DNA of 64,000 nt from a virus: IMG/VR virus record IMGVR_UViG_3300029712_000001. The stretch is one strand, 5' to 3'. The notes under the pieces are model-generated. The model did not search any database. It was not told the DNA's origin and saw only the letters and a list, made by a program, of their open reading frames with translations. Made by a program: the position numbers and the translations under genes. Below, one piece after another: positions 1 through 7,200 of this stretch. Numbering within the stretch: the first letter of the stretch is position 1; the number at the start of each line of letters is the position of its first letter.

Positions 1-477
1 AGAAGAAGGAGACTGTTTGAACTACAACAAACGTATCGTAAAATAAACGATCTTCGATCAGATTTTCAATGGAAATTAGCTCATCAGTTATGCAAACAGT
101 ATGATTATATTTTTATTGAAGATCTAAACATTGAAGGAATGAAACGTTTGTGGGGAAAGAAAGTTTCCGATCTCAGTCATTCTTCTTTTATTGATAAACT
201 TACGTATGTTGCTTCAAAGTATGGAGTGATAGTACACAAGATTGACAAATGGTATCCTTCTTCCAAAACTTGTGAATGTGGCTGCATTAATAAAGGACTG
301 TCGTTACGCGACCGCACGTGGGTATGCCCGTCGTGCGGCGCGGTAAACGACCGTGATGTTCTTGCAGCCCGTAATATACTTCGGAAGGGCATTTCCGAAT
401 TGGAGAGTATGGGTGATTCCGGTTGCAGAAATGCAGGGGTTCCATACGTTTGTATCCAAGAATCCCATTTGCTTTAG
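1..477 (+). CDS. tnpB: TnpB (IS200/IS605-family OrfB RNA-guided nuclease), C-terminal part; 5' end cut by window edge
   Basis: Frame 1 is open from nt 1. About 90% aa identity to the complete 379-aa copy at 19454..20593. Zinc-finger CECGC...CPSCG and a DRDVLAARNIL RuvC-III-like motif. Confidence 0.9.
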   Translation, partial: RRRRLFELQQTYRKINDLRSDFQWKLAHQLCKQYDYIFIEDLNIEGMKRLWGKKVSDLSHSSFIDKLTYVASKYGVIVHKIDKWYPSSKTCECGCINKGLSLRDRTWVCPSCGAVNDRDVLAARNILRKGISELESMGDSGCRNAGVPYVCIQESHLL

Positions 478-496
478 CGATGGGAGTATGTCAATA
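330..496 (+). ncRNA. Putative TnpB omega-RNA (reRNA) scaffold overlapping the tnpB 3' end; 5' limit approximate
   Basis: Position is typical for omega RNA. Stems 408-412/442-446 and 424-427/432-435 (GAAA loop) are kept by compensatory changes in the other copy. Confidence 0.45.
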
Positions 497-500
497 CAAT

Positions 501-755
501 ATGCTCACTTGGAAGAAAAGAGCTATTTCAAACGTGTATGCTGACCCAGCCAAGGAAAGAGAGAAAGGCGTGCGTGCCGGAGCTGAGGCTGTGAGGAAGT
601 CGGCCTGGGATGCGTTCAGGGCGCAGTGCCCGCACATTGCTTTCCCCTATGGAAAAGAATTTCCGATGTGTGACGATCACGAACAAGATCATCCCATGAG
701 AGACTGCATACTTCAGTGTGAAAAAGGTAGAATATTTAAAAACGTATTAAAATGA
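501..755 (+). CDS. Hypothetical 84-aa protein, GC-rich
   Basis: ATG lies 4 nt after the IS right end. ORF runs to the ATGA overlap with the next gene. Contains a 541-665 high-GC patch. Could be the remnant of a disrupted gene. Confidence 0.35.
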   Translation: MLTWKKRAISNVYADPAKEREKGVRAGAEAVRKSAWDAFRAQCPHIAFPYGKEFPMCDDHEQDHPMRDCILQCEKGRIFKNVLK

Positions 756-1021
756 GCACCCCACGTGAATTAAGCAGGATAGCTAATAGGATAGCCGGTA
801 AGATGACTGATGATGGATGGGTCAGTCCCGGTAGAAAGAATCTTGTCTCTGATAAGAAGGTCATGGAATTAATAGATTTGATCTTTAATGAAATATGGAG
901 GGAATTAGATGACGGGAAAAGAGTCCATATCAGGAAACAGATGATTTTCAAAAAGATTTTTGTCAGTAGGCAAAAAGATAAATACTACATACAATGCATA
1001 GAAAAAAGGGACGCCAAATAG
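752..1021 (+). CDS. Hypothetical small basic protein (89 aa)
   Basis: ATG ORF with ATGA overlap upstream, followed directly by a hairpin terminator. Only weak HU/IHF-like resemblance, so not called. Confidence 0.6.
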   Translation: MSTPRELSRIANRIAGKMTDDGWVSPGRKNLVSDKKVMELIDLIFNEIWRELDDGKRVHIRKQMIFKKIFVSRQKDKYYIQCIEKRDAK

Positions 1022-1038
1022 ACGTCCCTTTTCTTTTT
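1002..1038. terminator. Bidirectional intrinsic terminator between convergent genes
   Basis: GGGACG (1008-1013) pairs with CGTCCC (1023-1028). An A-run lies before it and a T-run after it. Confidence 0.7.
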
Positions 1039-1051
1039 CTGTAAGTGATTG

Positions 1052-1708
1052 TTATTTCATCACTTTCCTTACCAACTTAGAAACAGCTTGTGTGATAGTC
1101 CACTTGATGTTTGCATTAACGTTGATAGTCTGAGGAGTACCGTTTGCATCCAAGTTAATTACCTCCTTGTCTATTTCCAAGAACGGATCACCTGCTGTCT
1201 GGGTAATAACCGTATTAGCTGTCCGACCACCGGCGGCCGTCACCTTAAGAGTATTTACCAGATCATTTACATTAGCGTTTTTTGGAATACCGGAGAATAC
1301 GATACTGAAAGCAAATCCCCCTGTTGCACCAGGGTCGCCGGCAATAACAGCACCGTTATTGGTAGCCTTGCCTGCTGCCTGATAGGAGGCTGGTATTTCC
1401 AGCGTCAGAGGATGAGACTTGTCTGGAGTTAAGGAGAACGTTAATTTAGTTGAGTTACTTGTGCCGTTGATTGTTACAGTACCACCTTCTTTCCCTACAG
1501 ATGCAGTAGGATCTATTTTTACGAACTCAGCTACCGGAGCTTGGTTTATGGTAGCACTTTTCTTAACATCCCCGGATTCGGCACCAAATTCTACTTGTAA
1601 CGTACGCTGTACACGACCTTCGTATTTTTCACCTGATACGGTAACCGCCTGATCACCGTCACCTGATCCCGGATTGAAGGTTACAAAACCTATTTTCAAT
1701 TCTGCCAT
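1052..1708 (-). CDS. Ig-like / BACON-like tandem-domain surface or virion-decoration protein (218 aa)
   Basis: Repeated beta-rich segments such as GGTVTINGTSNSTKLTFSL and NGTPQTINVNANIKWTI. It is the lone minus-strand gene here, with its own promoter and terminator. Confidence 0.7.
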   Translation of the reverse strand: MAELKIGFVTFNPGSGDGDQAVTVSGEKYEGRVQRTLQVEFGAESGDVKKSATINQAPVAEFVKIDPTASVGKEGGTVTINGTSNSTKLTFSLTPDKSHPLTLEIPASYQAAGKATNNGAVIAGDPGATGGFAFSIVFSGIPKNANVNDLVNTLKVTAAGGRTANTVITQTAGDPFLEIDKEVINLDANGTPQTINVNANIKWTITQAVSKLVRKVMK

Positions 1709-1743
1709 GACATAAATAATTTTGTAGTTAATTAATATCTTGA

Positions 1744-1751
1744 CAAAGATA
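1744..1751 (-). promoter_or_regulatory. Bacteroidota-type -7 box TATCTTTG for 1052..1708
   Basis: Plus-strand caaagata is TAnnTTTG on the minus strand, about 36 nt upstream of the ATG at 1708. Confidence 0.5.
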
Positions 1752-1851
1752 GATTTATTATACGAAAATCATATTATTCATGTCTATAAATTAAAAGTTA
1801 TCTTTATCCCAAAATAAGACAATCATGAGAAGAAGATTTTTTAACAAAATA

Positions 1852-1868
1852 GGGGGGGGGGGGGGGGG
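1852..1868 (+). repeat. Homopolymeric G17 tract
   Basis: Counted directly: 9 G at 1852-1860 plus 8 G at 1861-1868. Confidence 0.95.
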
Positions 1869-1944
1869 TATTTACCTACTGATAATTTTATAGTTTTTGA
1901 TAAATCTGTATCAGATCCGGCTAATATAACAATAAGCGAAGACA

Positions 1945-2703
1945 GTGATTTTTTTAAATAGGTTGATTACAAGTGGCTTTTATAGAGTTCTTTGCAAGAG
2001 CGCTATGGGAGGAGGAGAGGTTTTTGTATGTAGATTAAAAGATAACGACAGTAATTTATATCTTGATGGCAGTCCGGCTGTTCTTACCGGACAAGAAGGT
2101 GATGTGATGGTCGTTTTCTTAGAATTTTGGTATAAATGGTATAAGGTGGATGATAATAAATTTCTTTATCATTTTGCTGATCATGATATTGACGGCACTT
2201 ACATCCATGTCCCGAAATCTCTTGTTGGAGCATATAAAGGATATGTATCTTTGAATAGATTATATAGCTGGAGTGATGTTACTCCTACGACTAACGTATC
2301 ATTATCTGATTTCAGAAGTTACGCAAAAGCACGTGGTACCGGATACCAGGTGATAGATTTCCAACAACATTGCGTGATTGCTATGATGTTGTATGCTAAA
2401 TACAAAACACGTAACCTGCAAGGCGTATTAGGACCCGGTGGCGCAACCTGTGATCCGGCTACAACAACGGGAAGCAGCAACGCAACCGGTGGTGCGGATA
2501 CCGAAAACGAAAGTTCAAAGTACGTTTGTGGCTTAGGACTTGAAGGCGTATTTGGTGGTATCTGTGAATTTGTTGAAGGTGTAGAAATAAATAACCGAGT
2601 TTGGAAAATAACCGATCCTGACGGTTCGATTCGCAACGTGAACGCCGGGACTGTCAGCGGTTGGATAAAAAAATATAGCAGCCGAAAATGGTCCGTTTTT
2701 TGA
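1945..2703 (+). CDS. Fibre-like protein, central fragment (252 codons)
   Basis: Long ORF with a Gly/Thr/Ser-rich stretch and GLGLEGVFGGICEFVEGVEINN, reminiscent of prophage tail-fibre C-terminal modules. The GTG start is doubtful. Confidence 0.6.
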   Translation: MIFLNRLITSGFYRVLCKSAMGGGEVFVCRLKDNDSNLYLDGSPAVLTGQEGDVMVVFLEFWYKWYKVDDNKFLYHFADHDIDGTYIHVPKSLVGAYKGYVSLNRLYSWSDVTPTTNVSLSDFRSYAKARGTGYQVIDFQQHCVIAMMLYAKYKTRNLQGVLGPGGATCDPATTTGSSNATGGADTENESSKYVCGLGLEGVFGGICEFVEGVEINNRVWKITDPDGSIRNVNAGTVSGWIKKYSSRKWSVF

Positions 2704-2704
2704 T

Positions 2705-2950
2705 GTGGTGCCTACAAGAGTTGGCGGTAACAATTTAAAATATTATTCAGATCGTTATTATCAGGCATCGGACAATTCCCTTGTTTTGGCTCGCTCCTAT
2801 TTTAATTCGAATGAGTATGGCGGCGTGGCGTATTCGGGTGCTGGTAAATATGCGTCGAGCCAGGATTTGACCTACGGTTCGCGTCTTGCTTTCCGTGGGA
2901 CCATATCCGAAGTAAGTCCGGAGCAGTTTAAAAAATTACCAGCATTATAA
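2705..2950 (+). CDS. Fibre-like protein, C-terminal fragment (81 codons)
   Basis: Continues the previous ORF in the +1 frame across the T6 run. Ends ...GSRLAFRGTISEV.... Confidence 0.5.
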   Translation: MVPTRVGGNNLKYYSDRYYQASDNSLVLARSYFNSNEYGGVAYSGAGKYASSQDLTYGSRLAFRGTISEVSPEQFKKLPAL

Positions 2951-2996
2951 TATCATATTTTAACTGTTTTTAAATAGTATTGTTGATATTATTATG

Positions 2997-3004
2997 TATG
3001 TTTG
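2997..3004 (+). promoter_or_regulatory. -7 box TATGTTTG
   Basis: TAnnTTTG match 27 nt upstream of ATG 3031. Confidence 0.45.
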
Positions 3005-3030
3005 CAACATCAATATAAAATATTATAACC

Positions 3031-3441
3031 ATGAAAGTAGATTTTTTTAACAGTAAGGATTTTTTAGGATCTAAAACTAAAGAAAGCAAGATCCGGAAGT
3101 TGTCAATCAGCAAAAGTAAGATAATGACTATCTCTGTCTATAATTTGAATTGGATGGGGGTAACGGATGCGGTTGTTATCGGCTTAGAAGAAGGGAAGGC
3201 ATTTGAAGGAGTTGAAAATACGGTCTTTTATCTGGCTGCTTCTGATGTTGAAGACGAGAGATCGTTTAAGGTAAATAACCTTGGTGTAAAATACAAGAGA
3301 ATTTACTTAAAAGACCTGCTCGATTATCTTGGATGGGATATAGGAGAAAATTCTTATGCTGTGTATGATATTATAAAAGAAGACAGTAATCTATTCCGTC
3401 TTCAGCTTAGGGTAATAAAAAAGAGTAGGAGTGAAAAATGA
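3031..3441 (+). CDS. Hypothetical protein (136 aa)
   Basis: ATG ORF. Its stop overlaps the ATGATG at 3438. Confidence 0.7.
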   Translation: MKVDFFNSKDFLGSKTKESKIRKLSISKSKIMTISVYNLNWMGVTDAVVIGLEEGKAFEGVENTVFYLAASDVEDERSFKVNNLGVKYKRIYLKDLLDYLGWDIGENSYAVYDIIKEDSNLFRLQLRVIKKSRSEK

Positions 3442-3453
3442 TGAACGATATAG

Positions 3454-4317
3454 ATATTAAAAAACAAAAGAATACTGCTATTTGATTTTGACGGGACGCT
3501 TATAGAAACCGCTTCTGGGAATACGTTCGCTACAGACTTGACAGATATAAGGATTAAGATGGATGTGGTGAATAAGGCTCTTGACCTCATGCAGGAGAAC
3601 GGTGTTAAGGTATTTGCTATCGTAAGCAATCAAGGAGGAGTAGAAGCTGGGTTTGTTTCTGGAGCTGATATTGAAGCTAAGATAGAATACGTACTGAGGT
3701 CCGTACATGATCTGGCGGTAAAGAGAGGCATAAGAGGCGTCCTATATGAAAAAAGGTTGTGTTATTCAAATGACGAACAAGATCCGATGAGGAAGCCTAA
3801 CACTGGCATGATTGATGATATTCTTATGAAGTGTAAAGACACGGTAATGCGTGGTATGAACTTTAGTCAACTTAAGGGATGTTCGTTGATGGTCGGGGAC
3901 GCCAGTGGTCTTCCAGGGCAGTTCTCTGATTCGGATAAGGTATGCGCTGAGAAGGCCGGCGTTGACTATATGGACGTTATTCAGTTTCTTGGTAAAGATC
4001 TTGATTTAGAGTATGTATTGTCCAAAGAACATACAAGTGAAGGAATAGTTATTCTCAACAACGATCATATATATATCCTTGAAAATCCATATGGTGTTGG
4101 TCTTAATATAAAAATCACTTTAAAAGATTTTTATAAGATTGAAACCGATGATGGAAAAACTGCAACCGTAGATGATGTGCTGAATATAAGGATTGATAAA
4201 GATCAGAATTTCAATTTATATAGTGATGTTATAAAAATAGAAACATTAAAAGACGGTAGTATCAAATATACAAGTTTGTATCACGAAAGTAAAGAAAACA
4301 GCGATAGTTTATCATAA
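3454..4317 (+). CDS. HAD-IIIA / polynucleotide-kinase-type 3'-phosphatase domain protein with C-terminal extension; start unresolved
   Basis: Motifs LFDFDGTLIETASGNTF (I), VSNQGG (II), RKPNTGM (III) and VGDASG (IV). Motif I lies upstream of the first canonical start (TTG 3538). The ATGATG at 3438 joins this frame only if the A6 run 3459-3464 is A5. Confidence 0.75.
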   Translation: MLKNKRILLFDFDGTLIETASGNTFATDLTDIRIKMDVVNKALDLMQENGVKVFAIVSNQGGVEAGFVSGADIEAKIEYVLRSVHDLAVKRGIRGVLYEKRLCYSNDEQDPMRKPNTGMIDDILMKCKDTVMRGMNFSQLKGCSLMVGDASGLPGQFSDSDKVCAEKAGVDYMDVIQFLGKDLDLEYVLSKEHTSEGIVILNNDHIYILENPYGVGLNIKITLKDFYKIETDDGKTATVDDVLNIRIDKDQNFNLYSDVIKIETLKDGSIKYTSLYHESKENSDSLS

Positions 4318-5242
4318 ATCGGATTTAGATGGCGTTGTATCGGCAGCCATCGCAACCATGTACGAAAACAGTAAAAACAAGGATGTTGTTTATATCCCGT
4401 ATTCGTATGAAGATGATGTTAAGAAAGTTATCAACAAAGTGCGTGACTTAGATGCTGTTTACGTTCTTGACGTGTCTTTTGGGGTCGATTCTAAAACGAT
4501 TTTCAAAAAGTGGCTTGATGAAGGAAAGAGCCTGATGTGGATAGATCACCATAAGGGAATTATCGAAGATAGTAAGACATGGGGGTTCGTAGTTCCAGGG
4601 TTAAGGAGGGTCGGTGTCGGTGCGTGCGCACTTGCCGCCGACCTGCTGATGGGGAAGGTGCCGGCGATAGTCAGGTGCTTATCAGACTACGATGTGTGGA
4701 ATAAAGAATCCGGTTTAGGCTGGGATACGGTAGTAGCCGTCCAGTATGCCTTGAGATCAAAAATAAGATTGAATGTATTAATAGCATTGTCGTATTTGTA
4801 TGATCACTTTAAAGAAAATATGAAGGACAATGAGGTGGATTTAATTTTCTATGATCTCGCTAAAGAAGGACGTGCTATAATTAACTACATGGCTGGTAAA
4901 AACGAACAAGAGGTAAGTGCGTACTCGTTCGAAGCGTATGTTGATGAGGTGAAGGTCGTGGCGATGAATACTACAGAATTTAGCTCTAAAGTATTTGATT
5001 CTCTTACACCGGACTGGTTAGACGGTAGGAAAATTAAAGCCCTGATGCCATTTTGTATCATGCCAAGTGGTAAAGTCCGGTTCTCTCTTTATGAATGCGT
5101 AGAAGACAGCGCGGATTGCTGTGAGGTAAGTAAGAGATTCGGTGGTGGAGGACATGCTGGTGCTGCTGGATTCGTTATAGACGTATCAAGTGACCAGTTT
5201 AAGGACTTCCTTGAAAACCATAAACTTACTTCAATTCAATAA
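4250..5242 (+). CDS. DHH/DHHA1 phosphoesterase (NrnA/RecJ-like); open frame from 4250, first ATG at 4358
   Basis: YHKSDLDGVVSAAI (DHH motif I, nt 4310-4351), WIDHH, and GGGGHAGAAGF (DHHA1). There is no ATG/GTG/TTG in frame between the stop at 4247 and ATG 4358. Confidence 0.8.
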   Translation, partial: KTVVSNIQVCITKVKKTAIVYHKSDLDGVVSAAIATMYENSKNKDVVYIPYSYEDDVKKVINKVRDLDAVYVLDVSFGVDSKTIFKKWLDEGKSLMWIDHHKGIIEDSKTWGFVVPGLRRVGVGACALAADLLMGKVPAIVRCLSDYDVWNKESGLGWDTVVAVQYALRSKIRLNVLIALSYLYDHFKENMKDNEVDLIFYDLAKEGRAIINYMAGKNEQEVSAYSFEAYVDEVKVVAMNTTEFSSKVFDSLTPDWLDGRKIKALMPFCIMPSGKVRFSLYECVEDSADCCEVSKRFGGGGHAGAAGFVIDVSSDQFKDFLENHKLTSIQ

Positions 5243-5262
5243 ATTAATAAGGTCGTGTTTTA

Positions 5263-5297
5263 AATAGGATTGGTTTCTATCAATCCTATTTTTTTTT
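5263..5297 (+). terminator. Intrinsic terminator
   Basis: AATAGGATTG (5263-5272) pairs with CAATCCTATT (5281-5290), followed by a T-run. Confidence 0.85.
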
Positions 5298-5300
5298 GTT

Positions 5301-5509
5301 GTGTGTGAGGTGGGTGGGTATGTGATGGGAGAGAGGGTAAAAGATGTTTATGTAATGTGGGAGATATGTGAGAAAGAGGTTTATGTCATGAGGGATATGA
5401 AAAAATGTTTATGTGATGGGAGAGAGGGGGTACCTATCACGAACCTCCCGCCCCCGAAACGCGTTTTCTCCCCCGCACCCCCTTCGCTGGAAAACCGGAA
5501 ACGCGTTTT
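5301..5509. repeat. Purine-rich repeat block: 19-nt direct repeat x2, about 30-nt tandem units x3, palindrome GAAACGCGTTTT x2
   Basis: TATGTGATGGGAGAGAGGG at 5319-5337 and 5410-5428. GTTTATGT-containing units near 5339, 5373 and 5400. GAAACGCGTTTT at 5456-5467 and 5498-5509. Confidence 0.8.
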
Positions 5510-5531
5510 TACCTAAAACATACAAACCCGC

Positions 5532-5567
5532 TGATTATCAACGGTTTATTTAAATTATTGATAATCA
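5532..5567. promoter_or_regulatory. Inverted repeat TGATTATCAA / TTGATAATCA (candidate operator)
   Basis: Arms at 5532-5541 and 5558-5567. Related TGATWATCA copies at 5586-5595, 5670-5678 and 7732-7742. Confidence 0.4.
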
Positions 5568-5752
5568 ATGTATTATTATAATCTATTGATTATAAGCCAC
5601 TTAAATAAACATATATCCTACATATTAATGTACGCGTATAATACCGCTCTTGTGTGTTTTATAACTTGCTGATAATCAGATAATAGAATCGAAATTAATA
5701 CAAGTTAACAAAAAAAAGATAGCATATATATTTGTAGTATTGATAAATGTAG

Positions 5753-5760
5753 TATATTTG
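5753..5760 (+). promoter_or_regulatory. -7 box TATATTTG (second copy at 5727-5734)
   Basis: TAnnTTTG matches in the AT-rich region upstream of 5908. Confidence 0.4.
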
Positions 5761-5907
5761 CAATGTGTTAAAGCGATAGCACATAGTTGACATGATGAAC
5801 CTATATAGTGTACCCGTTGGGCTGACTATATCTGTATCTGTTAATCGCCTGCGTTGTGGGCTATTAAATTGAATATCATTTGTTTAACAATTAAAATATA
5901 TTGAGTT

Positions 5908-6447
5908 ATGATTACGAAGAAGAACGTTAACAAGCTGCAAAACGCTGTTATCAAAGAGAATGCCTCGAATTTGGTAGGTGCCGTAAAGTTATACAACGCT
6001 TTATTTGCTAATGGAGCTGATCTTAAGTCTATTTGCAAGGCCTTAGAAATACCGGCAGAATACGCCGTAAAGGTTGCAGCCCTCGCCAAGGATAAAAAAC
6101 GCCTGGTAGCTGTGTGTAGCCAAATGTTACCGAAAGTTGACGATACATTTGTTAAATTTGCTTTATACTCTAAAGTGTATAAGGATACCAATGCAGACAA
6201 AGAGAAAGGCGTTGAGGCTAAAACGGCTGATTGGTGCGCTGAGAATGTGGTTTATGGTAGCGAATATAAATCATTTGGTTTTACTACTGCCGAATCATTG
6301 GAGACCAAAAAAAGCACTAAATGGTTGATAAAAGAAAACGACGAGTATAAAGCTACTTATGTGGCTGTTAAGATCAAATATTATTCTATTCGCACTGTGG
6401 CAAAGTGTGTAAGTGAATATCTCGCACATGAAAGCAACCAGCAGTAA
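5908..6447 (+). CDS. Hypothetical protein (179 aa)
   Basis: ATG ORF preceded by TGTTTAACAATTAAAATAT, the same 19-mer found upstream of 8339. Confidence 0.75.
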   Translation: MITKKNVNKLQNAVIKENASNLVGAVKLYNALFANGADLKSICKALEIPAEYAVKVAALAKDKKRLVAVCSQMLPKVDDTFVKFALYSKVYKDTNADKEKGVEAKTADWCAENVVYGSEYKSFGFTTAESLETKKSTKWLIKENDEYKATYVAVKIKYYSIRTVAKCVSEYLAHESNQQ

Positions 6448-7006
6448 CAAGGCACGGAGAGCGCCGTTAAGCTCTCCAAAGGTTTGTCGCGTACCTTAAC
6501 GCGCCTGTACGCCATTGTCAGTGGGTGCACGTCCCGCGTATGCTTTAGACTGAAGCTGACAAAAAGAGAGTTATTTTACATATTGGAGATAGATATACCG
6601 TTGCCCTTGCCGTTGGCAATTAAAGGGCTGGTATTACTGCATGAATCACCCGAATAGGCGTGATTCATGCTAGGTATGTGATTACAGTTTGGAAAACATG
6701 CCGTTGTACGAGGTTTATCTCCAGATCGAAACGTGTCTTACTTGCTTACACGAAAAAATAGAACAAGGCTGTAGATTAAATTACAGGGTACAAGCATGTA
6801 GCCTACCATGTAGGGACGTGCCGTATCAAAGCGCAAGGACACAATCGCCTTTATTTGTGGCTAAGTTGTGTAGCAGACGGAAAATATAATAACAACATAG
6901 TACGGGCCTGTACACAAGAACTACGTACTAATTACGGGCTGTTGGTTGTAGCATAAAATTCGTACAGGATAGGAATGCGCGTTCGGTTCGATTCCGGAGC
7001 AACCTC
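6448..7006 (+). ncRNA. Long hairpin-dense non-coding segment ending in a tRNA-like T-arm; class unknown
   Basis: No credible ORF. Stems 6456-6462/6471-6477, CATGAATCAC/GTGATTCATG near 6641-6670, and 6907-6913/6962-6968. GC is clearly above the flanks. Confidence 0.35.
6982..7006 (+). other. tRNA-like T-arm plus 3' acceptor strand (module 1)
   Basis: ttcGG-TTCGATT-CCgga, then gcaacct-c. Only a 5-6 bp partner (ggttg at 6944-6948) and 32 nt where a tRNA needs about 41. Confidence 0.5.
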
Positions 7007-7029
7007 TAAATTATAAACAATATAATAAC

Positions 7030-7200
7030 ATGGAAAAGAAAGAAATGATCAACGCTTTAACTGAAGCGTTCAATAAATCTAAAAACATCTGCGTAAAAAT
7101 AACATTGCGTAACTATATCGAGACGGTGGAAACACTCAGTGAAAATGAGTATAAAGAGGCGGAGGGTTTCTATATCGAAGCTCTTAACCGCTGGAGTTAA
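7030..7200 (+). CDS. Hypothetical small protein (56 aa), below the ORF-track cutoff
   Basis: ATG 7030 to TAA 7198-7200, translated by hand (MEKKEMINALTEAF...). Starts 24 nt after tRNA-like module 1. Confidence 0.5.
   Translation: MEKKEMINALTEAFNKSKNICVKITLRNYIETVETLSENEYKEAEGFYIEALNRWS

Larger units (their letters stand above)
1..496 (+). mobile_element. Right part of a tnpB-only IS (IS605/IS1341-like), right end near 496
   Basis: Similarity to the second copy (read on the minus strand) ends after gtcaata at 490-496. The flanks then diverge completely. Confidence 0.75.
1825..2950 (+). pseudogene. Frame-interrupted tail-fibre / receptor-binding-like gene (MRRRF leader, then G17, T7 and T6 frame breaks)
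   Basis: ATG 1825 (MRRRFFNKI) runs into G17 and stops at 1891. A G18 or G15 tract would read on to 1961. Frame 1 ORF 1945-2703 and frame 2 ORF 2705-2950 join if T7 (1949-1955) and T6 (2696-2701) each lose one T. Confidence 0.55.

Noticed and set aside
177-392. Antisense ORFs inside both tnpB copies (177..392 minus, 19497..19754 plus)
   Set aside because: They are mirror-image shadows of the GC-rich zinc-finger/omega-RNA region. They have no start context, and the sense strand has a clear TnpB match.
1825-1850. MRRRF as a twin-arginine (Tat) signal peptide
   Set aside because: RRRFF resembles RRxFLK, but it is followed by poly-Gly or polar residues, with no hydrophobic h-region or cleavage site.
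5301-5516. 71-aa ORF (MCEVGGYVMGERV...)
   Set aside because: Its repeated VYVM peptide merely reflects tandem DNA repeats in a purine-rich non-coding block right after a terminator. It starts with GTG and has no start context.
6689-6889. 66-aa ORF and other short ORFs inside the 6448-7006 structured region
   Set aside because: No start context, Cys/Arg-rich composition typical of translated GC-rich hairpins, and it cuts across predicted stems.
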